Assembly: GCF_006345805.1 (NCBI RefSeq)
Contig: NC_043006.1
Span: 50,716,001 to 50,780,000 of the forward strand
From: Octopus sinensis
Lineage: Eukaryota
DNA: 64,000 bases
Direction: 5' to 3'
Positions 1 through 12,783 of this stretch are shown here, one piece after another (position 1 is the stretch's first letter; each line of letters starts with the position of its first letter). The notes beneath the pieces are model-generated. The model ran no database searches. It had not been told where the DNA came from and worked only from the letters and a program-made list of their open reading frames with translations. A program made the position numbers and the translations under genes.

Positions 1-229
1 ATACATAACATGCAACGTTTCGTCCCCTTGATGTAGGGGCTCCTAGCGAGGCATTTCCCCCTCCATATTTTGAAGAGGTCTTAGGTCAACAAGTTTTAGG
101 TCTGACGATGCACCGTAAGGCCAAACCCTTTATGGACGAGAAACCCAGGATAACTCCATAAACTATCTATAGATAAATAGATAAAACTTACTTGGAAAAG
201 GATGCGCGGCGTTCGATCGTATGATAATA

Positions 230-319
230 TAAATAATATATATGCATATATTTATATATTATTTATATTATATATAATATAAATATATATATAATATATA
301 TAATATATAAATATATGCC

Positions 320-386
<67 letters not shown>

Positions 387-440
387 GTGCGTGTGTGTGT
401 GTGTGTGTGTATACACACTTGTATGTACGTGTGTGTGTGG
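230..440. repeat. (TA)n/(TG)n microsatellite
   Basis: Directly visible. Confidence 0.95.
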
Positions 441-559
441 AGATAGAGACAGAATGAGACTGACAGATTTGTAAGTGTACATATATATCATCATAGGCTG
501 CACCTAACAGTGATAACTATCTAAATGCATAATCTCGTGTGATAGTATCAAAACTGGAT

Positions 560-1760
560 TACGCTCTACCATGGCTTTCTATCCAAAGTTGCCATGATCC
601 GGTTGTGTAATTACTAGCTTATATCTCAGTTCAGATCTATTCTGATTTGTCTTACATCATGTCGGCTACGAACAGAGTAGTCGAGTTTCCTCGAATAAAT
701 TAATAGAATATCCTTCAGTTTTTTAGACATGCTCAAGATGACGGACGTTTCACTGTACTAATATATTTTTCAAGCTAAAGACATTAGCTTTATTTAGGAT
801 TATGATGTTCTTGATCTTGTCTTTCTAGATGATGTTCATGATCAGTGTCGGGTTTCTCATCAGGAATACGAGTATTTTTCTGTTCCATCCACGCCTCTGT
901 TCCATACGGTAGAGCAGATAATACCGTTGTTCAGTATGAACTGCACTTATTTGGCCTACATAATTCTTGTTCCACAATCACTCTTTCAAATATCCTAATC
1001 TTTAACTGGCCTTACCTTTTAATCAAGTTCTTCACTGAGACTACCTTCACTACCGATTATGCCTCTTCAATAGGCAAAGTGGCTAGCCTCTACTAACTTC
1101 ATTAGACAGAGCCACTTGGTTCATTCCCAGAGCTAAGCTGATGGAGAAAAGGTCTTCTTTATCTTAATATTCAATTTGAGCCGAGTTGTCTCTGCCAAAA
1201 GCATCAACTAAATTTCGCACTACAGAATTCAAGAATACATTCGTCAGCAAAAGCATTTCTTGCATGTATGTGTGTATATGGCTTCGGATAAGCGACAGAA
1301 TGCCTACTCGAACTTTGCTGTCAAATAATGTTGGTGATAAGAAGCTGCCTTGCTTGACTTCCGCCTTCACTCTAACATCAAACTCTTCAGATCGAGTTAT
1401 ACGAATGAAACCTTTCGGAAATGCAACACTTATTCAATGGTTTACTGTAGAGAAAGGACTCATGAAGTCAACAAAGACCATATATAGTCATTGTTTTGTT
1501 CCACACATTTCCCTTGGATCTGGCTGACACAGGACTCTATATCTACAGTGTTTCTTCTGAAACCCCGTTGTGTTCTTAGTAAAAATACTGTCATTTTCTC
1601 ACTCAGTTTGCTAATCAGCAAATTTGTAGCATTTAATGCAATCCGAGTTACCTCTCTTTAATGTCATGGCTGACTTTGCCTTACGCGGTTTATAAATTAA
1701 ATATCAGATCAATTAGTGATGGATAGAATAGACAAAAACACTCTGAAAACGTGCAAACAT
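560..1760 (-). pseudogene. Decayed RTE-clade LINE reverse transcriptase fragment
   Basis: Minus-strand pieces across frameshifts: TQRGFRRNTVD, QIQGKCVEQN..YMVFVDF..F.TVN, EVKQGSFLSPTLF (ORF 1164-1370) and TTVLSALPYGTEAW. These follow the order of non-LTR RT motifs. Confidence 0.8.
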
Positions 1761-2809
1761 GTTACCAGCAGAATTATATTGAATGGTGGTAAATATTTAT
1801 CAGTCAAATACTTTATGTCGTCTCTAGCAATCTGCTGCGAATTCTGATGCTGATGAGCAATAAATCGTGGCTCCATTTAAGATGTACGTCAATCTGGTTA
1901 TAGAAGGTCACCTAACTAAGATTGGAAAATGTCTCTCTATTCAAACTTGTAAGCAAAAACAAAAATCAAATCTAACCCGTCTCAAGCTTCAACAATAAAG
2001 TCCGAGTAAATATCTAAATAGCTGTAATTTCTATTGAAATGGAATAGACAGAAACAATAAACGGATAATAAAATAGTATTATACGATAAAATGTTTCACA
2101 AATCTATTTATCTCACATTGCTTATAAGCTGACACTTTACAATTATATTTTCATTTAAACGTAAATCTTCCAGTCAAAGACACCTCCACGCTACTCTACT
2201 ATAGTATTGATACAACTGACGCAGAGGGGAGTGGGATCTACAGTCAGTCGCACAATGTGCTAAATTAAGAGCCACATCTCTCTCAAATCATATCCTAATG
2301 TCTTTAAATAAAAAGTAGAGTAGGGGAAAGGTATAATCAGAATAATGTGGCCCAAGGTAATTGAAGAATAAGAAAAATATTGGCGGACGATCGACAGCTT
2401 CAACACATTTGGTGGGCGGGTGACAGCTGTTATATTCATTGTGAAATTTGACTGAAGAACTGTTGAGACGATGACGTCTTTACTGCTTGCATTCATATGT
2501 CTACTCGATCAGAACTGACTTGCGATAAAAAATGAGACTACGATACTTGTCATTTATATGATTTGTTTTTGATTGCTTGAAGATAAGCCAGATTGGGTAG
2601 GCTTACGATTAAATGTACACCTGTCGTGATCACCAAGTTCATTTTTCCTTTTATAATTATTTTCTGTATGATTGCATTTTCATTTTTATACAGTAGTGTG
2701 TGATTTGGCAAGCATTTGGTGTCGATTTCTTGCAGATGGAACGTTCACAAAATGTATCTCCGTTGGCTGGTGCAGTTTCTTTGGTTTGTGATTGTAACAT
2801 TGTTTGGCG

Positions 2810-2975
2810 AGCTGGCAGAGTTGTTACCACGCCGGGCAAAATACGTAGCAACACTTCTGTCTTTTAGCTCCGAGTTTGAAGTCAAAAGTTAACTTTGCCT
2901 TTCATTTATCGGAGATCGATGTAATGTATTATCTCCCTACCGCAAAATTTCCGTCTTTGTACCTATAGAACAAAA
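2810..2975 (+). mobile_element. Degenerate tRNA-derived SINE, family A (gagctggcaga... head)
   Basis: Matches better copies at 40118 and 44290. Confidence 0.6.
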
Positions 2976-3274
2976 TATTGTCGATGTTGTGGTTTAGGCT
3001 AAAGTTCTTTGATTAAGTTAGCCTATGATGAAAATCGGTCCAGCCATGACCATCCTGTTTTTATAGACATACACCAGTAAGTTATACAAATGATTTTTAT
3101 ATACTATTTTTTTTTTAATTAAGAGAAATTTATCTGCTATATCTAGCAGAGCGAGTGATCAAGCAGAGGCTTTCTCATCGCTAAGTAAATCTGGATTGAC
3201 TCTGCGTATAAGCAAAAGCATTCAATCCATGACAACCAAGACAGTCTTCGAATATTGCGTCGTCTTTCATAACT

Positions 3275-3625
3275 GTTGGCTGTTGTCGATGGTGGTGTAG
3301 TTTGTCGTGGTGAGGGTGACGTTGTTGTTGTTATTGATGGTGGTGGTGGTGGTGGTGGTGGTGGTGGTGGTGGTGGTGGTACTGCTGCTGCTGAAAGTTT
3401 TGAGGATGGTGATGATGAATATATACAGTTGGTTGTTATGGTTGTGGTAGAATTGGAGGTGACGGCAGTGTTAATGGTGTAACGGCTGCTGTTGGTAATG
3501 GTGGTGGTGGTGGTTTTGATAATGACGACGACGATGATAATGGTGATGGTAGTGATTATGGCTGTAATGGTACTGATGGTGTTACTGCTGTTGTCTTCTT
3601 CTTCTTCTTCTTCTTCTTCTTCTTC
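3275..3625. repeat. (GGT)n/(GAT)n/(CTT)n trinucleotide low-complexity tract
   Basis: Directly visible; it produces the poly-P/T/E ORF 3143-3628. Confidence 0.9.
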
Positions 3626-4102
3626 CAATCAGGAGTCACGCCATTAGCCACAAAGAATAATCTCTAATTTGAGCCAACTCTAATCTATTAAGAATGCGTG
3701 TGGCAACTTGAAGATCCACCCACCACACGCGATAGACTGGTGGTTGCACGGGCGCGAAAGCTACATTGTTACCCTCATTCCGTAAACGGTGGCTTTTAAC
3801 GGGTGGAGAGCTGAACCATCCTGGGGCACAGAGGTTTTGCAACCTAGACTAGGGTCTGAAAGTTTTACCACACCATAGTGGGTTACACCATGGTTCCTCT
3901 GCTTTGTGGCAGAAGTAGGAAGAAAGAGTAAGAGAAAGTTGTGGTGAAAGAGTACAGCGGGGTTCACTACCCCTCCTCACCGGAGTCTCGTGGAGCTTAG
4001 GTGTTTTTGCTCAATAAACACTCACAATGCCCGATCTGGGAATCGAAACCGCGTTCTTAGACCGCGAGTCCGCTGCTATAACCACTGGGCCATTGCGCTT
4101 CC
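3595..4102 (-). mobile_element. tRNA-derived SINE, family C head (ggaggcgcaatggcccagtgg), with a long tail ending in (GAA)n
   Basis: A-box/B-box-like head (tggcccagtgg...gtttcgattcc) shared with 28398, 31521 and 35910. Confidence 0.8.
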
Positions 4103-4129
4103 ACACTACTGTTGTTGCCGCCGGTGGTG

Positions 4130-4328
4130 GCAATTATGATATTGAGAATGATGATGATCATCGTCATCATCATCATCATGGTTGCAGTAGAGGTAAAGAT
4201 GCTGGAAGTAATACTATCTCTGATGAGAATTCTAGTGAACTTTGTTGTGGTAAGTGTGAGTGTACGCGTGTTTGATTCTGTAAGTGTGAACGTCTTTATT
4301 CATGTTTGTGTGTGCTTATGCATTTGTG

Positions 4329-4369
<41 letters not shown>

Positions 4370-4960
4370 GTGATGATGCTCGTCGTAGAAGTGGAGGCGA
4401 TGTTAGAGTTACAGACCCTGGTGATGTACATGTCTACATTGTTATATATTTAGAATTGAATTCTTCAAGATATTCGTTACAATATTGAATCATTTGGGAA
4501 TGGACGGAATCAAATCACAACACATCATCGATTGATCGTGTTGAGGCAGTTTCATTGTCTTCAATGCTGGTAGCATCAGTAGTAATGGTGGTGGTAGTGG
4601 TGGTGAGAAGCGTTGTCGTGGCGGTTGTAGTAATGATACTGATGTGGATTGTGCTGTTGATAGTGACGAACATGATGATGTTGAAGGTAGTTGTATTGGA
4701 GGTGGTGATGGTGTGGGTGAGCTTGGATGGTGATTGCAGTGATAATATTGATGGTTATTGGATATGATGGTCATGGTGATGTTGGAATGGCGGTGAGGGT
4801 AGTGATGATTACAAGGATGGTTAAGATAGTAATCCTACTAGTAGTAGTCGTGGTGGGTCTAGTAAGGATGGCGGTGATAATTATGGGAGTGCTGGTAGCG
4901 GTGTAGAGGTGGCAATTGTGGTTGTTGTGATTGTGGTGGTGGTGGTATTGGTGGTATTCA
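4130..4960. repeat. (GAT)n/(GGT)n/(GTA)n low-complexity tract
   Basis: Directly visible. Confidence 0.85.
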
Positions 4961-5133
4961 GTCGTTAGAACATCAGAAAAATTACTTTATATTAGTTCCT
5001 GTTCTTTAAGTTCTGAGCTCAACTCCAGTCGTGGTCTACCTTAACTTCCATCCCTTCAAAATTGATGAAGAATAAAGTACCAGTTAAATATAGAGGTCAA
5101 TGCTATCGACTAACTCTCTCTCTATCTCTCTCT

Positions 5134-5179
<46 letters not shown>

Positions 5180-5555
5180 CTCAAAATTATTGGCTCTCTG
5201 CAGAATCGTTAGCATGCCAGAGGAAAATGTTTACCGACATTTCGTCCGTCTTTACGTTCCGAGTTCAAATTCCGCCGAGGTCGACTTTACCTTTCATTCT
5301 TTTAGGAGTCAATAAAATAAGTACCAGTTAAGTACTGGGGTCGATGTAATCTACTCACCTCCTCCCCTGAAACTGGTGGTCTTGTTTCAAGTTTTGAAAT
5401 TATCCTTATTAATGCAGTGAGCTGGCAGAATCGTTACTGCGTCGGACAAATGCTTAGCGGCCTTTCTTCAATTTTATCAAGATTGGTTTTGCCGTTCAAC
5501 CTTTTAGGATCGAGGTAATGGCCTAAACGCTTACCCAACAAAATTTCAGGCTTTA
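4960..5555 (+). mobile_element. Cluster of three family-A SINE copies with a (CT)n tract
   Basis: Repeated gcagaatcgttag...gagttcaaattccgccgaggtcgacttt...aagtaccag..ctggggtcgat. Confidence 0.75.
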
Positions 5556-7594
5556 TGGCTATAGTAGAGAGGATCTATTGTAGTTGCTGTCGTTGTTGCC
5601 GTTTATAGTGTTGTTATTGTCGGTTTTGTCTTTACTTTTCTTTCGGTTGTTAGTTCTGAAAAATTTCACTGTATTTCCAGTACAGTCGGCACCTCTCTCG
5701 TATAAACGCATACATCTGTATACACATGTACTTACAAACAATTTCAGAAAGTTGTATGAAGACGTATGCCCATAAATACAGACATACACATTCCATCACA
5801 AACACGCACAAAATGACACAAACACACACACACACATATATTAAGCAAATACTTGCACTGGCATACACGGAGTGACGGTAATATGCTATAAACATAACCA
5901 GTTTTGCATAGAAGTCGAAGGATAGTGGTACTGAAAATTTAATGAGCAGTTTACAATATAACAACACTTATCTGAACTGTCCCAAACCCTACCATACCAG
6001 CAGCAAGAAGAAATATGTTGTCTATATTTTTTTAATAAATGGCAAGCTCTTATTAAGGTGTACTACCAAACTCTGATGCTCTCATTGCACTATACTGTTT
6101 GGACAGTACAAGAAAAATTGTAGAATAATCAATACTATGTTGTACACTGATCAAACAAAATAACGATCATTTAGAAAAGATATCAGAAAGTTTGTAATTT
6201 TGAAGTATAAAAACTTTTTAAGATTAAACGTAAAGAAAGTATAAAGATATACCTTTAGGATATACTTTGAGCATTGAAATAGGTAGACGATCTTTGGTTT
6301 ATTTTCTTGTAATTAAAACATGTAATAAGTATGTGATGCATTATCATCCATATGTTATTATTCATGTATGAATAGTTGCATTTGCTTAAGAGGGAATGAG
6401 GCATAACCATAGGTTTGCCCTTTTTGAAGTTACCTTAGTACTCAGATTCAAGAACTCGAAGTAAATGGCTTACTGAGACAGAATCATGCATAGCAATTAA
6501 ATTAGAATTTACTTATAAGAGCATATTTCAATCGCTAGTAATTTTTCAATGGTTCATTATTTGATAATTAGAATTTTTAGGAAAAATCCAATCAGGAAAT
6601 GATTTTGCTCATATCGCTTTATCAGAGAATTAAAGATAAAATCATTTGGTTTTTCTCGTGCTGATTGCCGTGTAAAAATTAGATGTTATGCTATGAGATT
6701 ATTACGAGTTTAATGCGTGAAATGATCTGATATCCACAAACGCGATCAATAATTCTAGATATTATTTTATCGTTTCTGATTTTTGTTTTCATCAAAGATA
6801 ACTAAGTAGGTTTTCCTATCACTCTATAGTAATGTTTTTTTTTTCCGTTTGATAAAGGATGGCTAGTTTTTCAAGTCTTATAAATATTCTATCAGCTTAA
6901 ACATTTCCAGATACCCAGTGTATTTAATCTGAGGTCTACTGTCTTATGAACAAAACTTCAACCGGCGAACAATGTGAATATTAACTAGAGATGTTAATTT
7001 CCTTAAAGCATCTACGGAATTGCAATACGTGAACTCTTCGAATACTATCAAAATGTGAAAATTGCCTAATATTATAATTGATTTTTATTCTCCGGTGTCA
7101 AATGTTAATAGCTGCCAACGTTTTCTTGATTGTTCAAGTTGATCATATGCAACCTAACTGTAGCGTAGTTTTAAACATTTGCACTTATTAAACCCACTGA
7201 CATGTTACACTCTCATATATTACATTTTGTCACATATTACTTATTACTTATTTAAGCTCTTTGCTCTCTACGGAGCATGGGTTATCAACAACTTACTTCC
7301 ACTGTTCTCGAGTGATTTTTTCCTCTCCCAAATCTTGTTTACTTTGAAATGTCATTGATACTTCTGTAACTACTTTTTTCTAAATAGGAGTTTTGACCTT
7401 ACGAAAATCTATTTTTACTTGGGAAGTGGTGGTGCTTGTTAGTCTGGCATATATCATTTGAGCTGTCCAGTACGGGTTGCCCAACCAGGAGCAGCTACAA
7501 CACTGCTCTTTAGTTTTTAGATAGCTACGAGAAATTCAGTCAATAATGGAAAACGTTGGTATAGTTTAGACTCAAATAATTTTGTAGTAATACA

Positions 7595-7979
7595 CTCTTT
7601 ACTCTTTTACTTGTTTCAGTCATTTGACTGTGGCCATGCTGGAGCACCGCCTTTTTAGTCGAGCAAGTCGACTCCAGGACTTATTCTTTGTAAGCCTAGT
7701 ACTTATTCTATCGGTCTTTTTTGCCGAACCGCTAAGTTACAGGGACGTAAACACACCAGCATCGGTTGCCAAGCGATGTTGGGGGACAAACACAGACACA
7801 CAAACATATACACACACACATATATATATACATATATACGACTGGCTTCTTTCAGTTTCCGTCTACCAAATCCACTCACAAGGCTTTGGTCGGCTCGGGG
7901 CTATAGTAGAAGACACTTGCCCAAGGTGCCACGCAGTGGAACTGAACCCGGAATTATGTGGTTTGTAAGCAAGCTACTT
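7595..7979 (-). mobile_element. Family-B SINE (ggctgtgtggtaag... head), body and tail; the head continues at 10176-10203
   Basis: Near-identical to the uninterrupted copy at 57203-57590; split by the 7980-10175 insertion. Confidence 0.9.
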
Positions 7980-10175
7980 TATTTCAAAACATTTGCCATA
8001 AAGCCAGTACACAGATTAAGTTATCTTTGCGGGCTGGACGAGGACATTAATGAGGTGAATGATAATGAAAGAAAGATAAGGATGGGAGAAGACAGAAAGC
8101 GCCCGCCAACTTTTGCTTCTCTAAAACATTGTTCTTTTTAAAAAAGATAAACACAAAACGAGGTATTAAACCTCTTACAATTTTTCCAATTTTTGGACTT
8201 AGCAGTCCATTATTAATATAAAACGAGGTATTAATCCTCTTACAATTTTTCAATTTTTGGACTTAAGTCCATTACTAATAATACATATCGTCCTCGAAAT
8301 AGCTTGTGCCCGCGCCCTCCACCATCAGCCACGCCTCCCTCAGAACGTAGTCAAGTTCCGAGTTCGCGTCGCCCGGGACCAAGTTATAATCTTCATTGAG
8401 CTCCTTTAGCCCTAGCGTCACGTCGAACGCCACGGCCTCCACAGCTACCTGCGGAGGCCATTCGGGGTCCTGTGTGAAGGCTAAAGGTGCTCCCTTGTAG
8501 TGTTCTTCCATCACTTTTTCAATTTCTCCTCCTCTATAGAAGAGGACAAATACATTCAGTTCTTTCGTTGGCGGCACAGTTTCCGCCAACGGTATTCCTT
8601 CTCTTGTCGGTGGCACAACCCCAACCGACGTAGTTCCGCGACATTCCGGTGCTACACTGACAGCCGGTAATGTCCCGTTTTTCTTCCTCTTTTTCTTTTT
8701 TTTTCCCTTTTCAACTGAGGGAGGGTGCGTCTCCTCCGTGGCTGGAAGATTCGCCTTCCTCTCCTCATCCCTATTATCCTTTGGTGAGCACCCATTGTTG
8801 CTCACCTTCCTCTTTCGGCCTCTGTTTGAGGAGTCCTCTGCTTTCTCGGCCGTTATCGTTCCCTCTTCTAGAGGGGTTTTACTTAACTGTTCCGGGATCC
8901 TATTTTGTTCCCGAGGACAGTTCTTCTTTATGTGGCCGGACTCCAAGCACCGATGACACTTAGGGGGGCGACCCTCAAGCATCACCGGGTACCTGCACCC
9001 GGCCATTTTCAAAAAATCTGGAAGAACCAGATTGGCTGATTGGGTCCACAGGGTCAAAATTGCTTTTGACCCAACCCAAGCAGCCGCAGGAAGAACTTTT
9101 ACATTGAGGAGCTTAGTTTCGCTGTCACCCAGACCCCGGCGGATAGTCTCCTCTATCCACTCGGGTTCTATGTCGGGTGCAGTCCGCAGATCCAAGCTTT
9201 CATCAATTTCTTTTTTTGTACGTGGGCAGGAATAAGATTTCCTTACCCTCCAAGGGTTTGCTAGCAAATTTGCAAGCCTCTTCAGGGGTGTCAAATAGCA
9301 ACCACACCGTTGCATATTTGACACCCCTGGAATGAATTTAATTGTTGGCAAATACTCTTCCAACTCCTTTTCAATCGCCGTCTTTTCGAATAGGGCGATG
9401 GTGTCAAGTGCCTTGGAGTAGGTTCTCAACACCACCGTCCTATCTTCACGGTCTTTTAACCACTTTTTAGGTGGTATGATTTCCCACTCCAAAAGTTTGT
9501 TATTTTTCATTGCCATGTTTTTTTTAAAATATATTCAAATTAAACTCAAAAGCAGGAAGAAAAAGTTCAAAAGTCCAAATAAAATTTGATAGATTTTTGA
9601 AAAAACAAAAAGGAGAAAGCACAACAGAAGGGAAGAAATTAACGGAAAGTCGCAATAAAGAAAAAAAACAAAAGGGGGGGGGGGGTAAATGAAGTTCAAA
9701 AGAAAGTTAATAAACAGAAAAAACACAGCAAAAATATTCTGGCCTTGCGGTACTCCCGGCCTGGGTTGAACCTGGAACGCCGCAACTGCAACACAACCTC
9801 CACAAAAATGGGTCCGAAAGGTAATCCAATAGTGGCTTAATTTTATAATTTTCTTGCGAAGTAGTAAAACACAAGCAAACAAATTAATTTTTGCGGAGGG
9901 GCTACGCCTCCTCAAAAAGTACAATTCTCACTAAAGAGTGAGACCTTAGACACGACAACAGGCAAAGAAATATATCTGAAGTAAAGTGAAGTTTATTACC
10001 CGCAAAAAAATATTAATGCTAGATAACGTTAACTGCTAAATAACATTAAGCAAGCAATAAACTTCACTATGCTTCTAAAAATACAGAACGTCTTACCTGT
10101 CGCCGAGTCAAAAGTTCAACATTTCACGTTCAAACACGTGACATTTGCAGGAGCAAAAAACAACACGTCTGTCTG
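7980..10175 (-). mobile_element. ORF1-only non-LTR retroelement (HAL1-like half-LINE), 2.2 kb, with a 15-bp TSD
   Basis: TSD GTAAGCAAGCTACTT at 7965-7979 and 10176-10190. The 5' end reads CAGACAGACGTG and the 3' end AATAAA. There is one gag-like ORF and no RT or endonuclease. Confidence 0.85.
8275..9516 (-). CDS. LINE ORF1-like nucleic-acid-binding protein (RRM-like region, CCHC zinc knuckle, basic tail)
   Basis: CHRCLESGHIKKNC is a CX2CX4HX4C knuckle, preceded by YPVMLEGRPP as in L1/Tx1-type ORF1, with KGKKKKKRKK downstream. Residues ~63-112 are probably out of frame. Confidence 0.75.
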   Translation of the reverse strand: MAMKNNKLLEWEIIPPKKWLKDREDRTVVLRTYSKALDTIALFEKTAIEKELEEYLPTIKFIPGVSNMQRCGCYLTPLKRLANLLANPWRVRKSYSCPRTKKEIDESLDLRTAPDIEPEWIEETIRRGLGDSETKLLNVKVLPAAAWVGSKAILTLWTQSANLVLPDFLKMAGCRYPVMLEGRPPKCHRCLESGHIKKNCPREQNRIPEQLSKTPLEEGTITAEKAEDSSNRGRKRKVSNNGCSPKDNRDEERKANLPATEETHPPSVEKGKKKKKRKKNGTLPAVSVAPECRGTTSVGVVPPTREGIPLAETVPPTKELNVFVLFYRGGEIEKVMEEHYKGAPLAFTQDPEWPPQVAVEAVAFDVTLGLKELNEDYNLVPGDANSELDYVLREAWLMVEGAGTSYFEDDMYY

Positions 10176-11174
10176 GTAAGCAAGCTACTTACCACACAGC
10201 CACATTCATTTTGTCAGTTATGCTCAAACGTAAAACACTGGAATTTCCTGGGCACAGGAAGCCTAAGTAGAAGCCACAGACTGTCAGAATCTAGCAGTGT
10301 TTTCCTTATCTAAAGATGTAACCTTGAATTTACAATTTTAATAGCTGACTGATCTATTTAAATTTGCAATTTAAATTGCTGACTGAAGTTTTAGAATATT
10401 TTAAATCATCACCAGGGATCATTTCTTTATATCATCGAAGTAATTAGCTAGCTCTTTAAAAGTCTTTAAGAAATCTTCCCAGTTCTCTGTTAAAAATTGG
10501 CACCCCATTTATAACACCAAACGGGAAGTGCATAAACAGTAACCTTTTCATATTTAGCCCAGGAAACTTGCGAAATGTTGTTGAGTAAACAAGAGTGTTT
10601 GATCTGTTGAACGTAGGTCAACGGTAATTATTATTAATGGGTGAGAAAGGAAATGCATCTAGCTGTATTTATCTAATAATAGTAAATGTGCTGTAAACCA
10701 TTAAGCACTTTTTTGCACTGCAATGACTTTGAAGTATAATTATTCTCTCAGCCGACAATTTATTAATTTCATCTTTAATCAATTGGCGGTCCTCAAAGGA
10801 GAGATAAGCGAAACTATGTGGAGCATCGGATGAGTAATTTCTCTGCAAAAATCGCCAAAATTGACTCTGTGAAAACCGGAAATTTTAAAGTTTTGTCAAA
10901 AATAGTTTAAATTTCGAGTCGCCACATATAACAAACTCAGTTATAGGCGGCAGTTTAATTTCAATCTGAAGTAATTGAATTTGTGATCATACACGGATTC
11001 TCAAGATTCAAGAAACACTTACTCCACAGGCTGTAAAAACTTCATTTGCTAACACTCTTCTCTCACAGTTATGCATTTTCATCTACGTACGCTGTTTTCT
11101 AACCAGTGCATCGAAGAAATCGATGTGTGCACAAAAGATTAATTACCTAAAATAATATAGAAATCCAAGATTAT

Positions 11175-11355
11175 TTATTTCAAATTTTGACACAAGGCCA
11201 GCATCAACTCCAGTGTTCAATTGGTACCTATTTTATCGATCCCGAAAGAATGAAGTGCAAAGTCAACCTCGGCGGCATTTGAACTCAGAACTGAAAGTTG
11301 AAAGAAATGCCACTAAGCATTTTTGCCGACTCAATAGCAACTGCCAGCTCGCTGC
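11175..11355 (-). mobile_element. Family-A SINE
   Basis: Reverse complement of the family-A consensus seen elsewhere in the window. Confidence 0.8.
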
Positions 11356-12079
11356 TTCATAGTAAAACATAATTATTATACAATTAGTGTCATGAGAAAA
11401 AACTGTACGACATAAGAATTTGTGTACACCAACAACTAAAACTTAGAGAGACTTTGCTGGTAACAGGTACCTACGTCAATGCTGGGTATTTTTACTCCTC
11501 TTAAATGTTTTCTTATAGCCAGGTTGCACCTACTAAGATAATTTGGTGTGTGATTTCATACCAAGCCTTTTCGCAATGTTTTCAGGAATCAAAACTAACA
11601 CTGTGAATAATCTCCTGTTACTAATCCAAAAATAATATAGTTTCTCTTAGGTTTATGATGGGATTGATACTATAGAAGCACTATCGGTTTTTTCAGATAC
11701 CTTTACATTATTTTTCCTGTAAGCATATTATTTATCAGCAATAGCAAGACAATCAATCTAGAAGGTCAACTAAGGGTCCTTTTTTATTCTCCTCAGAAAT
11801 ATGACCGAGCTTAAATTGAACTCACTGAAATAGTGCCATAAGAAATATGGTTATTTGTTGTAAAATTATCCAAGGCACTATAGCAGATAAACTCTTTCAC
11901 TTCAACTATAGAAAGAACAGCCCATAAAATATTTCCTAAACTTGATGAAACCAACTTTTATCTAAAAGCGTCTTTCGCAAATAATATGGTAACGTTATAT
12001 TTTTATGTAAGAAATGTAACAAAGTTATTCATAAGTTGTGCAGGTTGTTCCTTTCAAGAACATAACCCTGTTCGTTCAC

Positions 12080-12125
<46 letters not shown>

Positions 12126-12524
12126 CAGTAAAACTGGATGTCATAATATATAATTTCTTTTCAAGGTAGGTAATGTCACCTTAAACCTCATCTTTATAAT
12201 TTCAGGCCATTCTATTTCATTATAGTAAGCGGTTGTTTTCTGGAGGCTTGATAAAAGTATACCATTTATCGTTCTCATTTGTCTTCATATATTTCTAATC
12301 TTTTGTTTGAATCAAATATTGTACCGCTGTCATAGTGAAGCAGATCCTTGTAGGTTTGATCAAACAAATGACTCTGGCATATATTTTAGGTCTGATAGTT
12401 ATAGTATCGGATACTTTCTGCTGGAATGCTCGATTATAGTGACGCAAAAAAATCAACAACGATTCTCAAGCAATCTGAGACACGCACACACACACACATA
12501 TACTCACACGTATGTAAACATACG

Positions 12525-12675
12525 ACTTCTCACAGTTCCCTCTACCACGTTTATTTTCAAGGTATTGGAAAGTCTTAAGCTATAGTAGTACTTCCCCAAG
12601 ATGACGTGTGGTGGGACTGAACATGAAACCAGAATCACGTGTTTACAAATGGAACTTCTTAACCACATAGCCCTA
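12525..12675 (-). mobile_element. Degenerate family-B SINE, 5' part
   Basis: cccaagatgacgtgtggtgggactgaac...ttaaccacatagcc resembles the head at 57500-57580. Confidence 0.6.
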
Positions 12676-12783
12676 CATGTGCATCTGATATTTCTTCCAA
12701 ATTGCAGAATAATCTACCAACGATCTCTACAAAACTATTCTTTTGACATTTATATAAGTTGATTATTAATGATTACATTGTTA

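Noticed and set aside
3143-3628. Poly-E/T/P ORF resembling a formin or extensin
   Set aside because: Made of trinucleotide repeats and a SINE tail; no domain or splice support.
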